From IMG/VR virus record IMGVR_UViG_2880412407_000004: a stretch of DNA of 55,013 nt; one strand, written 5' to 3'. This DNA comes from a virus. Lineage: Duplodnaviria > Heunggongvirae > Uroviricota > Caudoviricetes. A program made the position numbers and the translations under genes. Below the pieces are notes generated by a model, which was not told the origin of the DNA, did no database searches, and worked only from the letters and a program-made list of their open reading frames with translations. Positions 29,784 to 40,774 of the stretch are shown here, piece after piece. Numbering within the stretch: the first letter of the stretch is position 1; each line of letters starts with the position of its first letter.

Positions 29784-29973
29784 ACTGCAGGCGCTGCGTC
29801 AGGCGCGCCTTGATTTATTAACCGGTAAACGGGTGGTGTCTGTCCAGAAAGATGGTCGCAGAATTGAATATACGGCGGCTTCTCTGGATGAGCTTAACCG
29901 GGCGATCAATGATGCGGAGTCGGTACTGGGGACAACCCGGCGTCGCCGTCGTCCGCTGGGAGTGAGGTTATGA
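29767..29973 (+). CDS. W: Head-tail joining protein W
   Basis: 68-aa ORF; LTGKRVVSVQKDGRRIEYTAASL resembles lambda gpW. Confidence 0.9.
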   Translation: MVTVAELQALRQARLDLLTGKRVVSVQKDGRRIEYTAASLDELNRAINDAESVLGTTRRRRRPLGVRL

Positions 29974-31562
29974 AACGAACGCCTGTCCTGATTGATGTGA
30001 ACGGCGTTCCGCTTCGTGAGAGTCTCAGCTACAACGGGGGCGGTGCAGGATTTGGCGGGCAAATGGCGGAGTGGTTGCCACCGGCGCAGAGTGCCGATGC
30101 GGCCCTGCTGCCCGCGTTGCGTCTGGGGAATGCCCGGGCAGATGATCTGGTGCGCAATAACGGAATAGCGGCCAATGCGGTGGCACTGCATAAGGATCAC
30201 ATTGTCGGGCATATGTTTCTTATCAGCTACCGTCCGAACTGGCGCTGGCTGGGGATGCGGGAGACCGCAGCAAAAAGCTTTGTCGATGAGGTGGAGGCGG
30301 CCTGGTCGGAATACGCCGAAGGGATGTCTGGCGAGATCGACGTGGAAGGAAAACGCACGTTCACGGAATTTATCCGTGAAGGTGTGGGCGTTCATGCGTT
30401 TAACGGCGAAATCTTTGTGCAGCCGGTCTGGGATACGGAAACCACGCAGTTATTCCGTACGCGTTTTAAAGCCGTGAGTCCGAAACGGGTGGACACGCCA
30501 GGACACGGTATGGGGAACCGTTTTCTGCGGGCCGGGGTGGAGGTCGATCGATATGGCCGTGCCGTTGCGTACCATATCTGTGAGGATGATTTTCCTCGCT
30601 CCGGGAGTGGACGATGGGAACGGATCCCGCGTGAACTTCCCACCGGGCGTCCGGCCATGCTGCATATTTTCGAGCCGGTGGAGGACGGGCAGACCCGTGG
30701 GGCCAACCAGTTTTACAGCGTCATGGAACGGCTGAAGATGCTCGATTCCCTGCAGGCAACACAGCTTCAGTCGGCCATTGTGAAAGCCATGTATGCAGCG
30801 ACGATTGAAAGTGACCTTGATACCGAAAAGGCCTTTGAATATATCGCCGGTGCGCCGCAGGGGCAGAAGGATAATCCGCTTATTAATATTCTGGAGAAGT
30901 TCTCCAGCTGGTATGACACGAATAACGTGACGCTGGGTGGTGTCAAAATTCCGCACCTTTTCCCCGGGGATGATCTGAAACTACAGACTGCGCAGGATTC
31001 AGACAATGGATTTTCGGCGCTTGAACAGGCGCTGCTGCGGTATATCGCCGCCGGTCTTGGCGTTTCCTACGAACAGTTGTCCCGTGATTACTCGAAGGTC
31101 AGTTATTCAAGTGCCAGGGCCTCTGCCAATGAGTCGTGGCGCTATTTTATGGGGCGGCGAAAATTTATTGCGGCCCGGCTGGCCACGCAGATGTTTTCCT
31201 GCTGGCTGGAAGAGGCACTTCTTCGGGGGATTATCCGTCCGCCACGGGCGCGTTTTGATTTTTATCAGGCGCGATCAGCCTGGTCACGGGCAGAGTGGAT
31301 TGGTGCCGGAAGAATGGCCATTGACGGGCTCAAGGAGGTTCAGGAATCGGTGATGCGCATTGAGGCCGGACTGAGCACGTATGAGAAAGAGCTGGCGCTG
31401 ATGGGCGAGGATTATCAGGACATTTTCCGCCAGCAGGTCAGGGAATCTGCAGAGCGGCAAAAAGCCGGACTCTCACGTCCGGTGTGGATAGCGCAGGCGT
31501 ATCAGCAGCAGATAGCGGAGAGTCGCAGGCCGGAAGAGGAGACAACACCCCGTGAGACGTAA
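29970..31562 (+). CDS. B: Portal protein B
   Basis: 530-aa ORF collinear with lambda gpB (533 aa). Confidence 0.95.
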   Translation: MKRTPVLIDVNGVPLRESLSYNGGGAGFGGQMAEWLPPAQSADAALLPALRLGNARADDLVRNNGIAANAVALHKDHIVGHMFLISYRPNWRWLGMRETAAKSFVDEVEAAWSEYAEGMSGEIDVEGKRTFTEFIREGVGVHAFNGEIFVQPVWDTETTQLFRTRFKAVSPKRVDTPGHGMGNRFLRAGVEVDRYGRAVAYHICEDDFPRSGSGRWERIPRELPTGRPAMLHIFEPVEDGQTRGANQFYSVMERLKMLDSLQATQLQSAIVKAMYAATIESDLDTEKAFEYIAGAPQGQKDNPLINILEKFSSWYDTNNVTLGGVKIPHLFPGDDLKLQTAQDSDNGFSALEQALLRYIAAGLGVSYEQLSRDYSKVSYSSARASANESWRYFMGRRKFIAARLATQMFSCWLEEALLRGIIRPPRARFDFYQARSAWSRAEWIGAGRMAIDGLKEVQESVMRIEAGLSTYEKELALMGEDYQDIFRQQVRESAERQKAGLSRPVWIAQAYQQQIAESRRPEEETTPRET

Positions 31563-33056
31563 TCTTTCACACATTATTGCCGCAGCATTCAATGAACCGC
31601 TGCTTCTGGAGCCCGCCTATGCGCGGGTTTTCTTTTGCGCGCTCGGGCGCGAGATGGGGGCAGCAAGTCTTTCGGTACCACAGCAGCAGGTACAGCTTGA
31701 TGCTCCCGGAATGCTGGCTGAAACGGACGAGTACATGGCCGGAGGTAAACGACCGGCCCGTGTTTACCGGGTGGTGAACGGTATTGCTGTACTGCCGGTG
31801 ACCGGCACGCTGGTGCACCGGCTGGGGGTATGCGGTCATTTTCCGGAATGACAGGCTATGACGGCATTGTCGCCTGTCTTCAGCAGGCAATGGCGGATAG
31901 CCAGGTGCGGGGCGTACTGCTGGACATTGACAGTCCGGGCGGGCAGGCCGCCGGCGCGTTTGACTGCGCTGACATGATTTACCGCCTCCGTCAGCAGAAG
32001 CCGGTCTGGGCACTGTGCAATGACACGGCCTGTTCTGCAGCCATGCTGCTGGCGTCGGCCTGCTCCCGACGGCTGGTTACCCAGACATCCCGTATCGGCT
32101 CCATTGGCGTGATGATGAGCCATGTCAGCTATGCCGGTCATCTGGCGCAGGCCGGTGTGGATATCACGCTGATTTACTCAGGGGCGCACAAGGTGGATGG
32201 CAATCAGTTTGAAGCCTTACCGGCAGAGGTTCGCCAGGACATGCAGCAGCGCATTGATGCGGCGCGCCGGATGTTTGCCGAAAAAGTGGCCATGTTTACC
32301 GGTCTGTCTGTTGATGCCGTCACGGGAACAGAGGCCGCCGTTTTTGAAGGTCAGTCCGGGATTGATGCCGGGCTGGCGGATGAATTAGTCAATGCGTCGG
32401 ATGCCATCAGTGTGATGGCCACGGCGCTGAACAGTAATGTCAGAGGAGGCACTATGCCGCAATTAACTGCAACGGAAGCCGCCGCGCAGGAGAACCAGCG
32501 AGTGATGGGGATCCTGACATGCCAGGAAGCGAAAGGACGTGAACAGCTTGCCACGATGCTGGCAGGACAACAGGGCATGAGCGTTGAACAGGCCCGGGCG
32601 ATTCTGGCCGCGGCGGCACCGCAGCAGCCGGTGGCATCCACGCAGAGTGAAGCCGATCGCATTATGGCGTGTGAAGAAGCGAACGGTCGTGAACAACTGG
32701 CGGCAACGCTGGCGGCGATGCCGGAGATGACGGTGGAAAAAGCCCGCCCGATCCTGGCTGCTTCACCGCAGGCGGATGCCGGACCCTCACTCCGTGATCA
32801 GATCATGGCACTGGATGAGGCAAAAGGGGCTGAGGCGCAGGCTGAACAGCTGGCTGCCTGCCCGGGAATGACTGTGGAGAGCGCCCGGGCTGTGCTGGCT
32901 GCGGGATCAGGTAAGGCAGAACCGGTCTCTGCATCCACAACCGCCCTGTTTGAACGCATCATGGCGAACCATTCACCGGCAGCGGTACAGGGTGGCGTGC
33001 CACAGACGTCAGCAGACGGTGATGCGGACGTGAAAATGCTCATGGCTATGCCATGA
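31552..33056 (+). pseudogene. C: Head protease/scaffold gene C (with nested Nu3 region), interrupted by a single-base deletion; triplicated scaffold repeat
   Basis: ORFs 31552..31851 and 31830..33056 align to lambda gpC across a frame break at G-run 31824-31828; three about 40-aa repeats in the C-terminal part. Confidence 0.8.
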
Positions 33057-33092
33057 AGTCAGTGCTGACCATCAACAGGAGGTTTTTACAAT

Positions 33093-33440
33093 ATGGTAAC
33101 GAAAACCATCACTGAACAGCGTGCGGAAGTACGTATTTTTGCCGGTAATGATCCGGCTCATACCGCCACAGGCAGCAGCGGGATTTCCTCGGCAACACCG
33201 GCACTGACGCCCCTGATGCTGGATGAAGCCAGCGGGAAACTGGTGGTCTGGGACGGACAGAAAGCCGGTAGTGCGGTTGGCATACTGGTACTGCCGCTTG
33301 AAGGCACAGAGACGGTACTGACGTATTACAAGTCGGGGACCTTTGCGACGGAGGCAATCCGCTGGCCTGACAGTGTGGATGAACACAAAAAGGCAAATGC
33401 CTTTGCCGGCAGTGCCCTGAGTCACGCGGCGCTGCCGTAA
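33093..33440 (+). CDS. D: Head decoration protein D
   Basis: 115-aa ORF; NDPAHTAT...TPLMLD...KLVVWDG...FYKSGTF-like motifs match lambda gpD. Confidence 0.9.
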   Translation: MVTKTITEQRAEVRIFAGNDPAHTATGSSGISSATPALTPLMLDEASGKLVVWDGQKAGSAVGILVLPLEGTETVLTYYKSGTFATEAIRWPDSVDEHKKANAFAGSALSHAALP

Positions 33441-33497
33441 CACGTTATCAGGCCACCGCGGTGGCCTGACTGATTTCTGAATGAAAGGAACTGATTT

Positions 33498-34526
33498 ATG
33501 GGATTGTTTACGACCCGCCAGTTACTCGGTTATACCGAACAAAAAGTGAAATTTCGTGCGCTGTTTCTGGAGCTGTTTTTCCGCCGTACGGTGAATTTCC
33601 ATACCGAAGAGGTGATGCTGGACAAAATTACCGGAAAAACGCCGGTGGCGGCCTATGTCTCCCCGGTTGTTGAAGGAAAAGTGCTGCGTCATCGCGGTGG
33701 TGAAACCCGCGTGTTACGTCCGGGCTACGTCAAGCCGAAACACGAATTTAATTACCAGCAGGCGGTTGAGCGTCTTCCCGGTGAAGATCCGGCTCAACTG
33801 AACGACCCGGCCTACCGTCGTCTGCGTATCATCACCGATAACCTCAAACAGGAAGAGCATGCCATTGTCCAGGTGGAAGAAATGCAGGCGGTGAATGCCG
33901 TGCTGTATGGCAAATACACCATGGAAGGGGATCAGTTTGATACTGTCGAGGTGGATTTTGGACGCTCTGAAGGAAATAACATTGAGCAGGCCGACGGTAA
34001 AAAATGGTCTGAGCAGGACCGTGATACGTTTGATCCGACGCATGATATTGACCTCTACTGCGATCAGGCCAGCGGTCTTGTGAATATTGCCATTATGGAC
34101 GGTACTGTCTGGCGTCTGCTGAATGGTTTTAAGCTGTTCCGAGAAAAACTGGATACCCGTCGCGGCTCAAATTCACAACTCGAAACGGCAGTGAAAGACC
34201 TGGGGGCGGTGGTGTCTTTCAAAGGGTATTACGGCGATCTGGCCATTGTGGTGGCGAAAACGTCTTATGTGGCAGAGGACGGTACCGAAAAACGTTATCT
34301 GCCGGAGGGCACGCTGGTCCTGGGAAATACGGCTGCAGATGGGATCCGTTGTTACGGTGCCATTCAGGATGCGCAGGCGTTGTCCGAAGGTGTGGTGGCT
34401 TCTTCCCGTTACCCGAAACACTGGCTGACCGTGGGCGATCCGGCCCGTGAATTTACCATGACGCAGTCCGCACCGCTGATGGTGCTGCCGGATCCGGATG
34501 AGTTTGTGGTGGTGCAGGTGAAATAA
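33498..34526 (+). CDS. E: Major capsid protein E
   Basis: 342-aa ORF collinear with lambda gpE (341 aa): PGYVKPKHE, AYRRLRII, VEEMQAV, KLDTRRGSNS, GDPAREFTM, SAPLM, DPDEFV. Confidence 0.95.
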   Translation: MGLFTTRQLLGYTEQKVKFRALFLELFFRRTVNFHTEEVMLDKITGKTPVAAYVSPVVEGKVLRHRGGETRVLRPGYVKPKHEFNYQQAVERLPGEDPAQLNDPAYRRLRIITDNLKQEEHAIVQVEEMQAVNAVLYGKYTMEGDQFDTVEVDFGRSEGNNIEQADGKKWSEQDRDTFDPTHDIDLYCDQASGLVNIAIMDGTVWRLLNGFKLFREKLDTRRGSNSQLETAVKDLGAVVSFKGYYGDLAIVVAKTSYVAEDGTEKRYLPEGTLVLGNTAADGIRCYGAIQDAQALSEGVVASSRYPKHWLTVGDPAREFTMTQSAPLMVLPDPDEFVVVQVK

Positions 34527-34529
34527 TCC

Positions 34530-34961
34530 GTGAGCGGAGGCGAAATGCCCCCGTGTCTTTTTTCACAGGGGGCTGATATGGCAACAAAAGAAGAAAATCA
34601 GAAACGTCTTCGTCAACTGGCTGGCCTGCTGGGGCGCGAGGCGGATATGTCGGGGAGTGCTGCGGATATTGCGCAACGTGTGTCTGAGTGGGAAGAGGAG
34701 CTTGCTGCTTCCCGGGAGGGCATTATGCCTGGTGATGAGAGCGGGCCTGAGCAAAATCACACAGACGATGGTGAGCAGTTGCACAACACTGATGCTACGG
34801 ATGATGTTAAAGCGGTCCGTGTGCGGAAATGCCTGCATGTGATGGGGTATTGCCCGGAGACAGGCCGTCCCGTTGAACTGACGTACCGGGGCATGCGTGT
34901 TCTGGTGCCATCACCACTGGCGACAGCCATGATACAGCACGGAACGGCTGAGCATGCGTGA
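34530..34961 (+). CDS. FI: DNA-packaging protein FI (by position)
   Basis: 143-aa acidic ORF between E and FII; weak similarity to lambda FI; probable start MATKEENQ at 34578. Confidence 0.55.
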   Translation: MSGGEMPPCLFSQGADMATKEENQKRLRQLAGLLGREADMSGSAADIAQRVSEWEEELAASREGIMPGDESGPEQNHTDDGEQLHNTDATDDVKAVRVRKCLHVMGYCPETGRPVELTYRGMRVLVPSPLATAMIQHGTAEHA

Positions 34962-35306
34962 TTTTCAGAATGCCTTTGATGCTGCCCTTGCCGGGTGGAC
35001 AGCACGATTGTTGAAGTGATGGGGCTCTGTGCGCAGTTCACCTCGGGGGCACAGTGTGGCAGCGAAGTTCAGGGGGTTTTTGACGATCCGGAGTCGCTGG
35101 GGTTTGCCGGTAGCGGGGTCCGTATTGAAGGAAGCTGCCCGTCATTATTTGTACGGACGGATACGGTTCGTGCTGTGCGGCGTGGTGACACGCTGACCAT
35201 TAATGGTGAGACATTCTGGGTGGATCGTCTTTCTCCGGATGACGGGGGCAGTTGTTATCTCTGGCTCAACCGTGGGCAACCACCGGCAGTTAACCGGCGA
35301 CGATAA
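34954..35306 (+). pseudogene. FII: Head-tail joining protein FII, interrupted by a single-base deletion near the 5-prime end
   Basis: ATG at 34954 encodes MRDFQNAFDAALAG then stops; ORF 34995..35306 continues as lambda FII (SGAQCGSEVQGVFDDPE...VRTDTVR...RGDTLTI...FWVDRLSPDDGGSCYLWL...PPAVNRRR); break at GGG 34993-34995. Confidence 0.75.
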
Positions 35307-35320
35307 ACGCAGGGTGAATT

Positions 35321-35853
35321 ATGGCGATAAAAGGGCTTGATCAGGCGATTGAAAATCTGAGCCGGGTTCGTAAAAACGCCATTCCGGCGGCTTCAGCAAT
35401 GGCCATTAACCGCGTGGCCACAACGGCGATTAATCAGTCTTCGTCACAGGTTGCCCGGGAGACCAGGGTGAGCCGGAAACTGGTAAAGGAACGGTCCAGA
35501 CTGAAACGGGCCACGGTCAGAAATCCGAATGCCAGAATTATCGTTAACCGCGGTGATCTCCCGGTGATTAAGCTGGGGATCAGGATGCCGGGGCGTCGTC
35601 CGGACAGCATACTCAAAGCCGGTCAGCATCGTTATCAGCGGGCATTTATTCAGCGATTAAAAAATGGTCGCTGGCATGTCATGCAGCGTGTGGCCGGGAA
35701 AAACCGTTACCCCATTGATGTGGTGAAAATCCCGATGGCGGCCCCACTGAAACAGGCGTTTGATGAAAACGTTGACCGTATCCGGCGTGAACTCCTGCCG
35801 GAGAACTGGCATATGCGCTGAAACAACAACTGAGGATTGCGATAAAACGATGA
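35321..35853 (+). pseudogene. Z: Tail protein Z, C-terminus out of frame (single-base deletion near 35803)
   Basis: MAIKGLDQAIENLSR...AINRVA...QVARET matches lambda gpZ; restoring one base after CCGGAG gives EELAYALKQQLRIAIKR-stop matching the lambda Z C-terminus and overlapping the U start. Confidence 0.7.
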
Positions 35854-36244
35854 AACATACTGATATCCGTGCTGCAGTGCTGGATGCACTGGAGCTGCAT
35901 GAACACGGGCGACGCTGTTTGATGGTCGCCCCGTTGTTTTTGACGAAGAGGATTTTCCCGCGGTCGCGGTTTATCTGACGGATGCAGAGTATACCGGTGA
36001 AGAGCTGGATGCGGATACCTGGCGGGCCACACTGCATATTGAAGTTTTCCTGCCTGCTCAGGTGCCGGATTCAGAGCTGGATTCGTGGATGGAGTCCCGG
36101 ATTTATCCGGCGATGTCCGCGATCCCTGCACTGGCAGGGATGATTACCACGATGGTTCAGCAGGGCTATGACTATCGTCGTGATGACGATATGGCGTTAT
36201 GGAGCTCTGCAGATTTGACTTATTCCATTACATACGAGATGTGA
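35850..36244 (+). pseudogene. U: Tail protein U, interrupted by a single-base deletion
   Basis: MKHTDIRAAVLDALELHEHG then frame break at GGG 35906-35908; ORF 36062..36244 ([60 protein letters not shown]) matches the lambda U C-terminus. Confidence 0.8.
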
Positions 36245-36251
36245 GGACGAT

Positions 36252-37004
36252 ATGCCAACACCAAATCCCCTGGCGCCGGTAAAAGGTGCCGGTACCACTC
36301 TGTGGGTTTACACCGGCAAGGGTGATGCTTATGCAAACCCGTTGTCAGATGATGACTGGCAGCGACTGGCTAAGGTGAAGGATCTGACGCCGGGCGAGAT
36401 GACGGCAGAATCCTACGATGATAACTACCTGGATGATGAAGACGCGGACTGGAGCGCGACCGGGCAGGGACAGAAATCTGCAGGTGATACCAGTTTTACA
36501 CTGGCCTGGAAACCGGGAGAAGAAGGTCAGAAAGGGCTTATAGGCTGGTTTGAAAGCGGGGATGTGCGGGCCTATAAAATCCGTTTTCCGAATGGCACGG
36601 TGGATGTGTTTCGTGGCTGGATCAGCAGTATCGGTAAGGCAGTGACGGCGAAAGAAGTGATCACCCGAACAGTGAAAGTGACCAACGTGGGCAAACCTTC
36701 CGTGGCGGAAGAACGCAGCGAAATTACGCCGGCCACTGCAATTAAGGTGACACCGACATCCGGTACCGTGGAAAAAGGAAAAACAACCACCCTGACTGTT
36801 TCTTTTGAGCCGGAAAGTGCAACCGACAAGACGTTCAGAGCGGTTTCCGCCGATCCGTCAACGGGAACCATTGCTGTGAAAGATATGGTGATCACTGTGA
36901 CGGGGGTTAAGGCTGGAAAAGTGAGTATCCCCGTGATTTCCGGTAATGGTCAGTTTGCCACGGTAGCTGAAGTCACCGTTACTGAAGCGGGCGCTGCAGG
37001 GTAA
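36252..37004 (+). CDS. V: Major tail protein V (with C-terminal Ig-like domain)
   Basis: 250-aa ORF collinear with lambda gpV. Confidence 0.9.
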   Translation: MPTPNPLAPVKGAGTTLWVYTGKGDAYANPLSDDDWQRLAKVKDLTPGEMTAESYDDNYLDDEDADWSATGQGQKSAGDTSFTLAWKPGEEGQKGLIGWFESGDVRAYKIRFPNGTVDVFRGWISSIGKAVTAKEVITRTVKVTNVGKPSVAEERSEITPATAIKVTPTSGTVEKGKTTTLTVSFEPESATDKTFRAVSADPSTGTIAVKDMVITVTGVKAGKVSIPVISGNGQFATVAEVTVTEAGAAG

Positions 37005-37017
37005 ACGGAGGTCATAC

Positions 37018-37449
37018 ATGTTTCTGAAAACAGAACAATTTGAATATAACGGTGTGTCTGTCACGCTTTCCGAATTGTCTGCGCTGCAGCGTATTGAGCA
37101 TCTTGCCCTCCTGAAACGGCGTGCAGAACAGGCAGAATCCAGCGGCAACCTGCAGGTAAGCGTGGAAGATCTCGTCAGAACCGGCGCGTTTCTGGTGGCG
37201 ATGTCCCTGTGGCATAACCATCCGCAGAAAACGGGGTCACCGTCAATGAATGAGGCCGTGATGCAGATTGAGCAGGAAGTCCTGACCACCTGGCCTGCTG
37301 ATGCCATTGCCCGGGCGGAAGATGTGGTGTTGCGTCTGTCCGGGATGAGCGGGCCTGTTCATGTGGATACGGATATTACCGAAGTGGCGAAAAATAACGC
37401 GCTGACTGATGATGATTTTTCTGCGGGAAAGTCTTCGACGGCGAGCTGA
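37018..37449 (+). CDS. G: Tail assembly chaperone G
   Basis: 143-aa ORF at the gpG position, ending just after the slippery site. Confidence 0.85.
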   Translation: MFLKTEQFEYNGVSVTLSELSALQRIEHLALLKRRAEQAESSGNLQVSVEDLVRTGAFLVAMSLWHNHPQKTGSPSMNEAVMQIEQEVLTTWPADAIARAEDVVLRLSGMSGPVHVDTDITEVAKNNALTDDDFSAGKSSTAS

Positions 37450-37889
37450 ATTTTGCCCTCAGACTGGCGCGTGAGATGGGGAGGCCTGACTGGCGCGCCA
37501 TGCTTGCCGGGATGACATCCACCGAATATGCCGACTGGCGACATTTTTACCGCACGCATTATTTTCACGATACCCAACTGGATATGCATTTTTCCGGGCT
37601 GACGTACGCTGTACTCAGCCTGTTTTTTTGCGATCCGGATATGCATCCCTCTGATTTCAGTCTGCTTGTCCCCCGGCATGAGGAAGAGCAGGTGGAGAGG
37701 CCGGATGAGGACAAAATGCTGATGCAGAAAGCGGCAGGACTTGCCGGAGGCGTCCGGTTCGGTGGGGACGGAGGGCGCGATATTTTATCGTCTGCGGATG
37801 TGGCGGATGTCATGGTGGATGATGCCGCATTAATGATGGCTTCAGCGGGGATTTCCGGAGGTGTGAGATATGTCCCAGCCGGTTGGTGA
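37018..37889 (+). CDS. GT: Tail assembly chaperone G-T fusion made by programmed -1 ribosomal frameshift
   Basis: Slippery heptamer G GGA AAG at 37425-37431 in the G frame; ORF 37476..37889 lies in the -1 frame relative to G. Confidence 0.8.
37425..37431 (+). promoter_or_regulatory. Programmed -1 frameshift slippery site GGGAAAG
   Basis: Identical heptamer and frame arrangement to the lambda G/GT recoding site. Confidence 0.8.
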
Positions 37890-40448
37890 TCTTGTTATTG
37901 ACCTTAGTCTGGATGCGGTCCGTTTCGATGAGCAGATGAGCCGGGTAAGGCGTCATTTTTCAGGTCTGGATACCGACGCCAGAAAAACCGCCAGTGCTGT
38001 TGAACAGGGCCTGAGCCGCCAGGCGCTGGCTGCACAAAAAGCCGGGATTTCCGTCGGGCAGTATAAAGCGGCCATGCGAACCCTGCCCGCACAGTTTACG
38101 GATATCGCCACGCAGCTTGCCGGTGGTCAGAATCCCTGGCTGATCCTGCTGCAACAGGGCGGTCAGGTGAAGGACTCCTTCGGCGGGATGATCCCCATGT
38201 TCAGGGGGCTTGCCGGTGCGATCACCCTGCCGATGGTCGGGGTCACCTCGCTGGCGGTGGCGACAGGTGCGCTGGCGTACGCCTGGTACCAGGGGATTCC
38301 ACGCTTTCAGCGTTTAATAAAACCCTGGTTCTTTCCGGTAATCAGTCCGGACTGACTGCCGATCGCATGCTGACGCTCTCCAGAGCCGGACAGGCCGCAG
38401 GGCTGACGTTTAACCAGGCGAGTGAGTCACTGGCAGCCCTGGTGAATGCCGGTGTGCGTGGTGGTGAACAGTTTGATGCCATCAACCAGAGTGTCGCGCG
38501 TTTTGCTTCTGCATCCGGTGTGGAGGTGGACAAGGTTGCAGAGGCTTTCGGAAAACTGACCACCGACCCTACGTCGGGGCTGATTGCGATGGCGCGCCAG
38601 TTCCGTAACGTGACGGCAGAGCAGATTGCGTATGTTGCGCAGCTGCAGCGTTCCGGTGATGAGGCCGGGGCCTTACAGGCGGCGAACGATATCGCCACGA
38701 AAGGCTTTGATGAGCAGACCCGTCGCCTGAAAGAAAACATGGGGACACTGGAGACCTGGGCGGATAAAACCGGGAAGGCATTCAAATCGATGTGGGATGC
38801 CATTCTGGATATCGGTCGTCCTGAGTCCTCAGCGGATATGCTCGCCAGTGCACAGAAGGCATTTGATGAGGCGGATAAAAAATGGCAGTGGTACCAGAGC
38901 CGGAGCCAGCGCCGGGGAAAAACCGCCTCTTTTCGTGCGAACCTTCAGGGTGCATGGAATGACCGGGAAAATGCCCGTCTGGGGCTGGCAGCGGCCACGC
39001 TGCAGTCGGATATGGAAAAAGCCGGTGAACTGGCCGCCAGGGACCGGGCCGAACGGGACGCATCACAGCTGAAGTATACCGGAGAGGCGCAGAAGGCGTA
39101 TGAGCGTCTGCTGACGCCGCTGGAGAAATATACCGCCCGTCAGGAAGAACTGAATAAGGCCCTGAAAGACGGGAAAATCCTGCAGGCGGATTACAACACG
39201 CTGATGGCGGCGGCGAAAAAGGATTATGAATCGACGCTGAAAAAGCCGAAGTCGTCAGGAGTCAAAGTGTCAGCCGGTGAGCGTCAGGAAGACCAGGCGC
39301 ATGCTGCCCTGCTGGCGCTTGAAACCGAGCTCCGGACGCTGGAAAAACACAGCGGTGCGAATGAGAAAATCAGCCAGCAGCGTCGCGATTTATGGAAAGC
39401 GGAAAATCAGTATGCGGTCCTGAAAGAGGCAGCCACGAAACGGCAGTTATCTGAGCAGGAAAAATCCCTGCTGACCCATGAGAAAGAGACGCTGGAGTAC
39501 AAACGCCAGCTGGCTGAGCTGGGAGACAAAGTTGAACACCAGAAACGGCTGAATGAGCTGGCACAGCAGGCTGCGCGGTTTGAGCAGCAGCAGGGCGCGA
39601 AGCAGGCGGCAATCAGTGCCCAGGCGCGGGGCCTCACCGACCGTCAGGCGCAGCGGGAGTCGGAAGAGCAGCGCCTTCGTGACGTGTACGGTGATAATCC
39701 GGATGCGCTGGCGAAGGCCACATCGGCACTGAAGAACACCTGGTCTGCGGAGGAGCAGCTTCGTGGAAGCTGGATGGCCGGTCTGAAGTCCGGCTGGGGC
39801 GAGTGGGCAGAAAGTGCGACGGACAGTTTTTCGCAGGTTAAAAGCGTGGCCACGCAGACCTTTGACGGTATTGCACAGAATATGGCAGCGATGCTGACCG
39901 GCAGCGAACAGAACTGGCGTGGTTTCACCCGTTCTGTGCTCTCCATGCTGACAGAGATTTTTCTGAAGCAGGCGATGGTGGGGATAGTCGGGAGTATCGG
40001 CAGCGCCATTGGCGGTGCTTTCGGTGGTGGTGCGTCTGCCTCCACGGGGACGGCCATTCAGGCTGCGGCGGCGAACTTCCATTTCGCGACCGGGGGATTT
40101 ACGGGGACGGGGGGTAAATATGAACCTGCGGGAATTGTTCATCGCGGGGAGTTTGTCTTCACGAAGGAAGCAACCAGCCGGATTGGCGTCGGCAACCTGT
40201 ACCGCCTGATGCGGGGCTATGCGGAAGGTGGTTATGTGGGCGGTGCCGGAAGTTCGGCGCAGATGCGGCGGACGGAAGGCATTAATTTTAATCAGAACAA
40301 TCACGTGGTGATTCAGAACGACGGCACCAACGGACAGGCGGGGCCGCAGCTGATGAAGGCGGTGTATGACATGGCCCGCAAGGGGGCGCAGGATGAGATT
40401 CAGGCGCAGATGCGTGATGGCGGCGTCTTTTCCGGAGGCAGGCGATGA
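37870..40448 (+). pseudogene. H: Tape measure protein H, interrupted by a single-base deletion
   Basis: ORFs 37870..38355 (161 aa) and 38367..40448 (693 aa) together align to lambda gpH (853 aa); break near 38296 (CAGGGGATTCC where lambda has CAGGGGAATTCC). Confidence 0.9.
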
Positions 40449-40774
40449 AAACATTTCGCTGGAAAGTGAAGCCGGATATGGAGGTGAACTCGCAGCCATC
40501 GGTGCGTGAAGTGCGTTTTGGTGACGGGTACTCACAGCGTATGGCGGCAGGGCTGAATGCTGACCTGAAAACATACCGTGTGACGCTTTCCGTGACCCGG
40601 GAGGAGGCCCGGCATCTGGAAGCGTTCCTGGCAGAGCACGGAGGCTGGAAGGCATTTTTGTGGAAGCCACCCTATGCATACCGGCAGATAAAGGTGACCT
40701 GTGCCGGGTGGTCTGCGCGGGTCGGGATGTTGCGCGTTGAGTTCAGCGCGGAGTTTAAGCAGGTGGTGAACTGA
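40445..40774 (+). CDS. M: Tail protein M
   Basis: 109-aa ORF at the gpM position, same length as lambda gpM. Confidence 0.9.
   Translation: MKTFRWKVKPDMEVNSQPSVREVRFGDGYSQRMAAGLNADLKTYRVTLSVTREEARHLEAFLAEHGGWKAFLWKPPYAYRQIKVTCAGWSARVGMLRVEFSAEFKQVVN

Noticed and set aside
35657-36131. Minus-strand ORFs of 126 and 150 aa overlapping Z and U
   Set aside because: Antisense to lambda-homologous tail genes; Pro/Ser/Arg-rich low-complexity translations
39447-40679. 410-aa ORF on the minus strand inside the tape measure gene H
   Set aside because: Lies antisense within a well-supported long + strand gene in GC-rich DNA; its product is low-complexity and Arg/Pro-rich, typical of spurious antisense ORFs
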